A stretch of DNA of 64,000 nucleotides from Lytechinus pictus. Taxonomy: Eukaryota. This document shows positions 63,362 through 64,000 of the stretch, one piece after another. The stretch spans positions 35,528,001 to 35,592,000 of the forward strand of contig NC_087245.1 in NCBI RefSeq assembly GCF_037042905.1, given 5' to 3'. Under the pieces are notes generated by a model that saw only the letters and a program-made list of their open reading frames with translations, was not told the DNA's origin and did not search any database. Each line of letters begins with the position of its first letter. The first letter of the stretch is position 1. The translations under genes and the position numbers were made by a program.

Positions 63362-64000
63362 TACTGAGTAGTCGACAGTGACAAGTGTATCTAATCGATT
63401 CATGACATTACAAAGCCTTTGACAAAGGTAAGCCCAAAATAATGTCAACAATGAATTCCTTGAGAAAGTAACTTAAATAAACTTACATCACCCTAAATTA
63501 GGCATAACGTTAACGTTATTATAACTTAATTAAGATTTAAGGCGTACGGTAGGTATAACTGACTCAGCTAGTATTTATATTAGCAAGAGAGCGACGGCAC
63601 ACTGCTCTCAGCTCAGTTCTGCCCGAACCTCCCCGCTATATAGCGCTACCATGCGTACCGTACCGCATTATCGCATGCAGAGTCTCAGTCTCATGCAAAA
63701 TAAACGATGGTTGGGAGAAAGGGGCTTACAATAAACAAACATGTAATGCTTGATACAATCTCAATAATAATATAAATTTACTTACAACATAAACGAGTCT
63801 GAGACAGCTGAGTAACACTCGCCAAGAAGGAGAGATGGAGGTAATATCAAATCCGCCTGCCTGTCGTGTCTGTGTCGTCTGCATGTTCGATGTACCGTAT
63901 GTGTATTGAAAGTCAAACAAAGGGGGCGTACTCTTCATGATTGAAATTGGCACGTCGTATTACCCCAGCATCACAGCTATGACTAAAAAATCATGTAAAA

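Noticed and set aside
63400..63700. Promoter/first exon of the SDR gene (TATA-like CTATATAG, donor-like sites)
   Set aside because: Plausible by position but indistinguishable from background without transcript data.

Overview
AT-rich, repeat-dense eukaryotic DNA. The repeat landscape suggests an invertebrate deuterostome, probably a sea urchin (inference only). Two host genes lie on the minus strand. One is a complete 5-coding-exon short-chain dehydrogenase/reductase of the SDR16C/RDH10/HSD17B11 type (36848-45022, 311 aa). The other is the 5' part of an NXPE-family gene (exons 17718-17855 and 8604-9176). Between them is an intact ~3.9 kb non-LTR retrotransposon with a single ZnF-RT-CCHC-restriction-like-endonuclease ORF (HERO-like, 20467-24354). 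The most striking observation is at the ORF's 3' end (20661-20779, minus strand). Every conserved hammerhead-ribozyme core nucleotide and stems I, II and III can be drawn there, but in a strand order that is not a circular permutation of types I-III, i.e. a pseudoknotted hammerhead. The 60 nt following its GAAA are duplicated exactly at the element's 5' end. The rest is non-autonomous DNA transposons (Transib-like with RSS-like ends, Sola-like, hAT-, Kolobok-, Harbinger- and Helentron-like), tRNA-derived SINEs and mini/microsatellites. All structures were folded by eye; no searches or folding programs were run.
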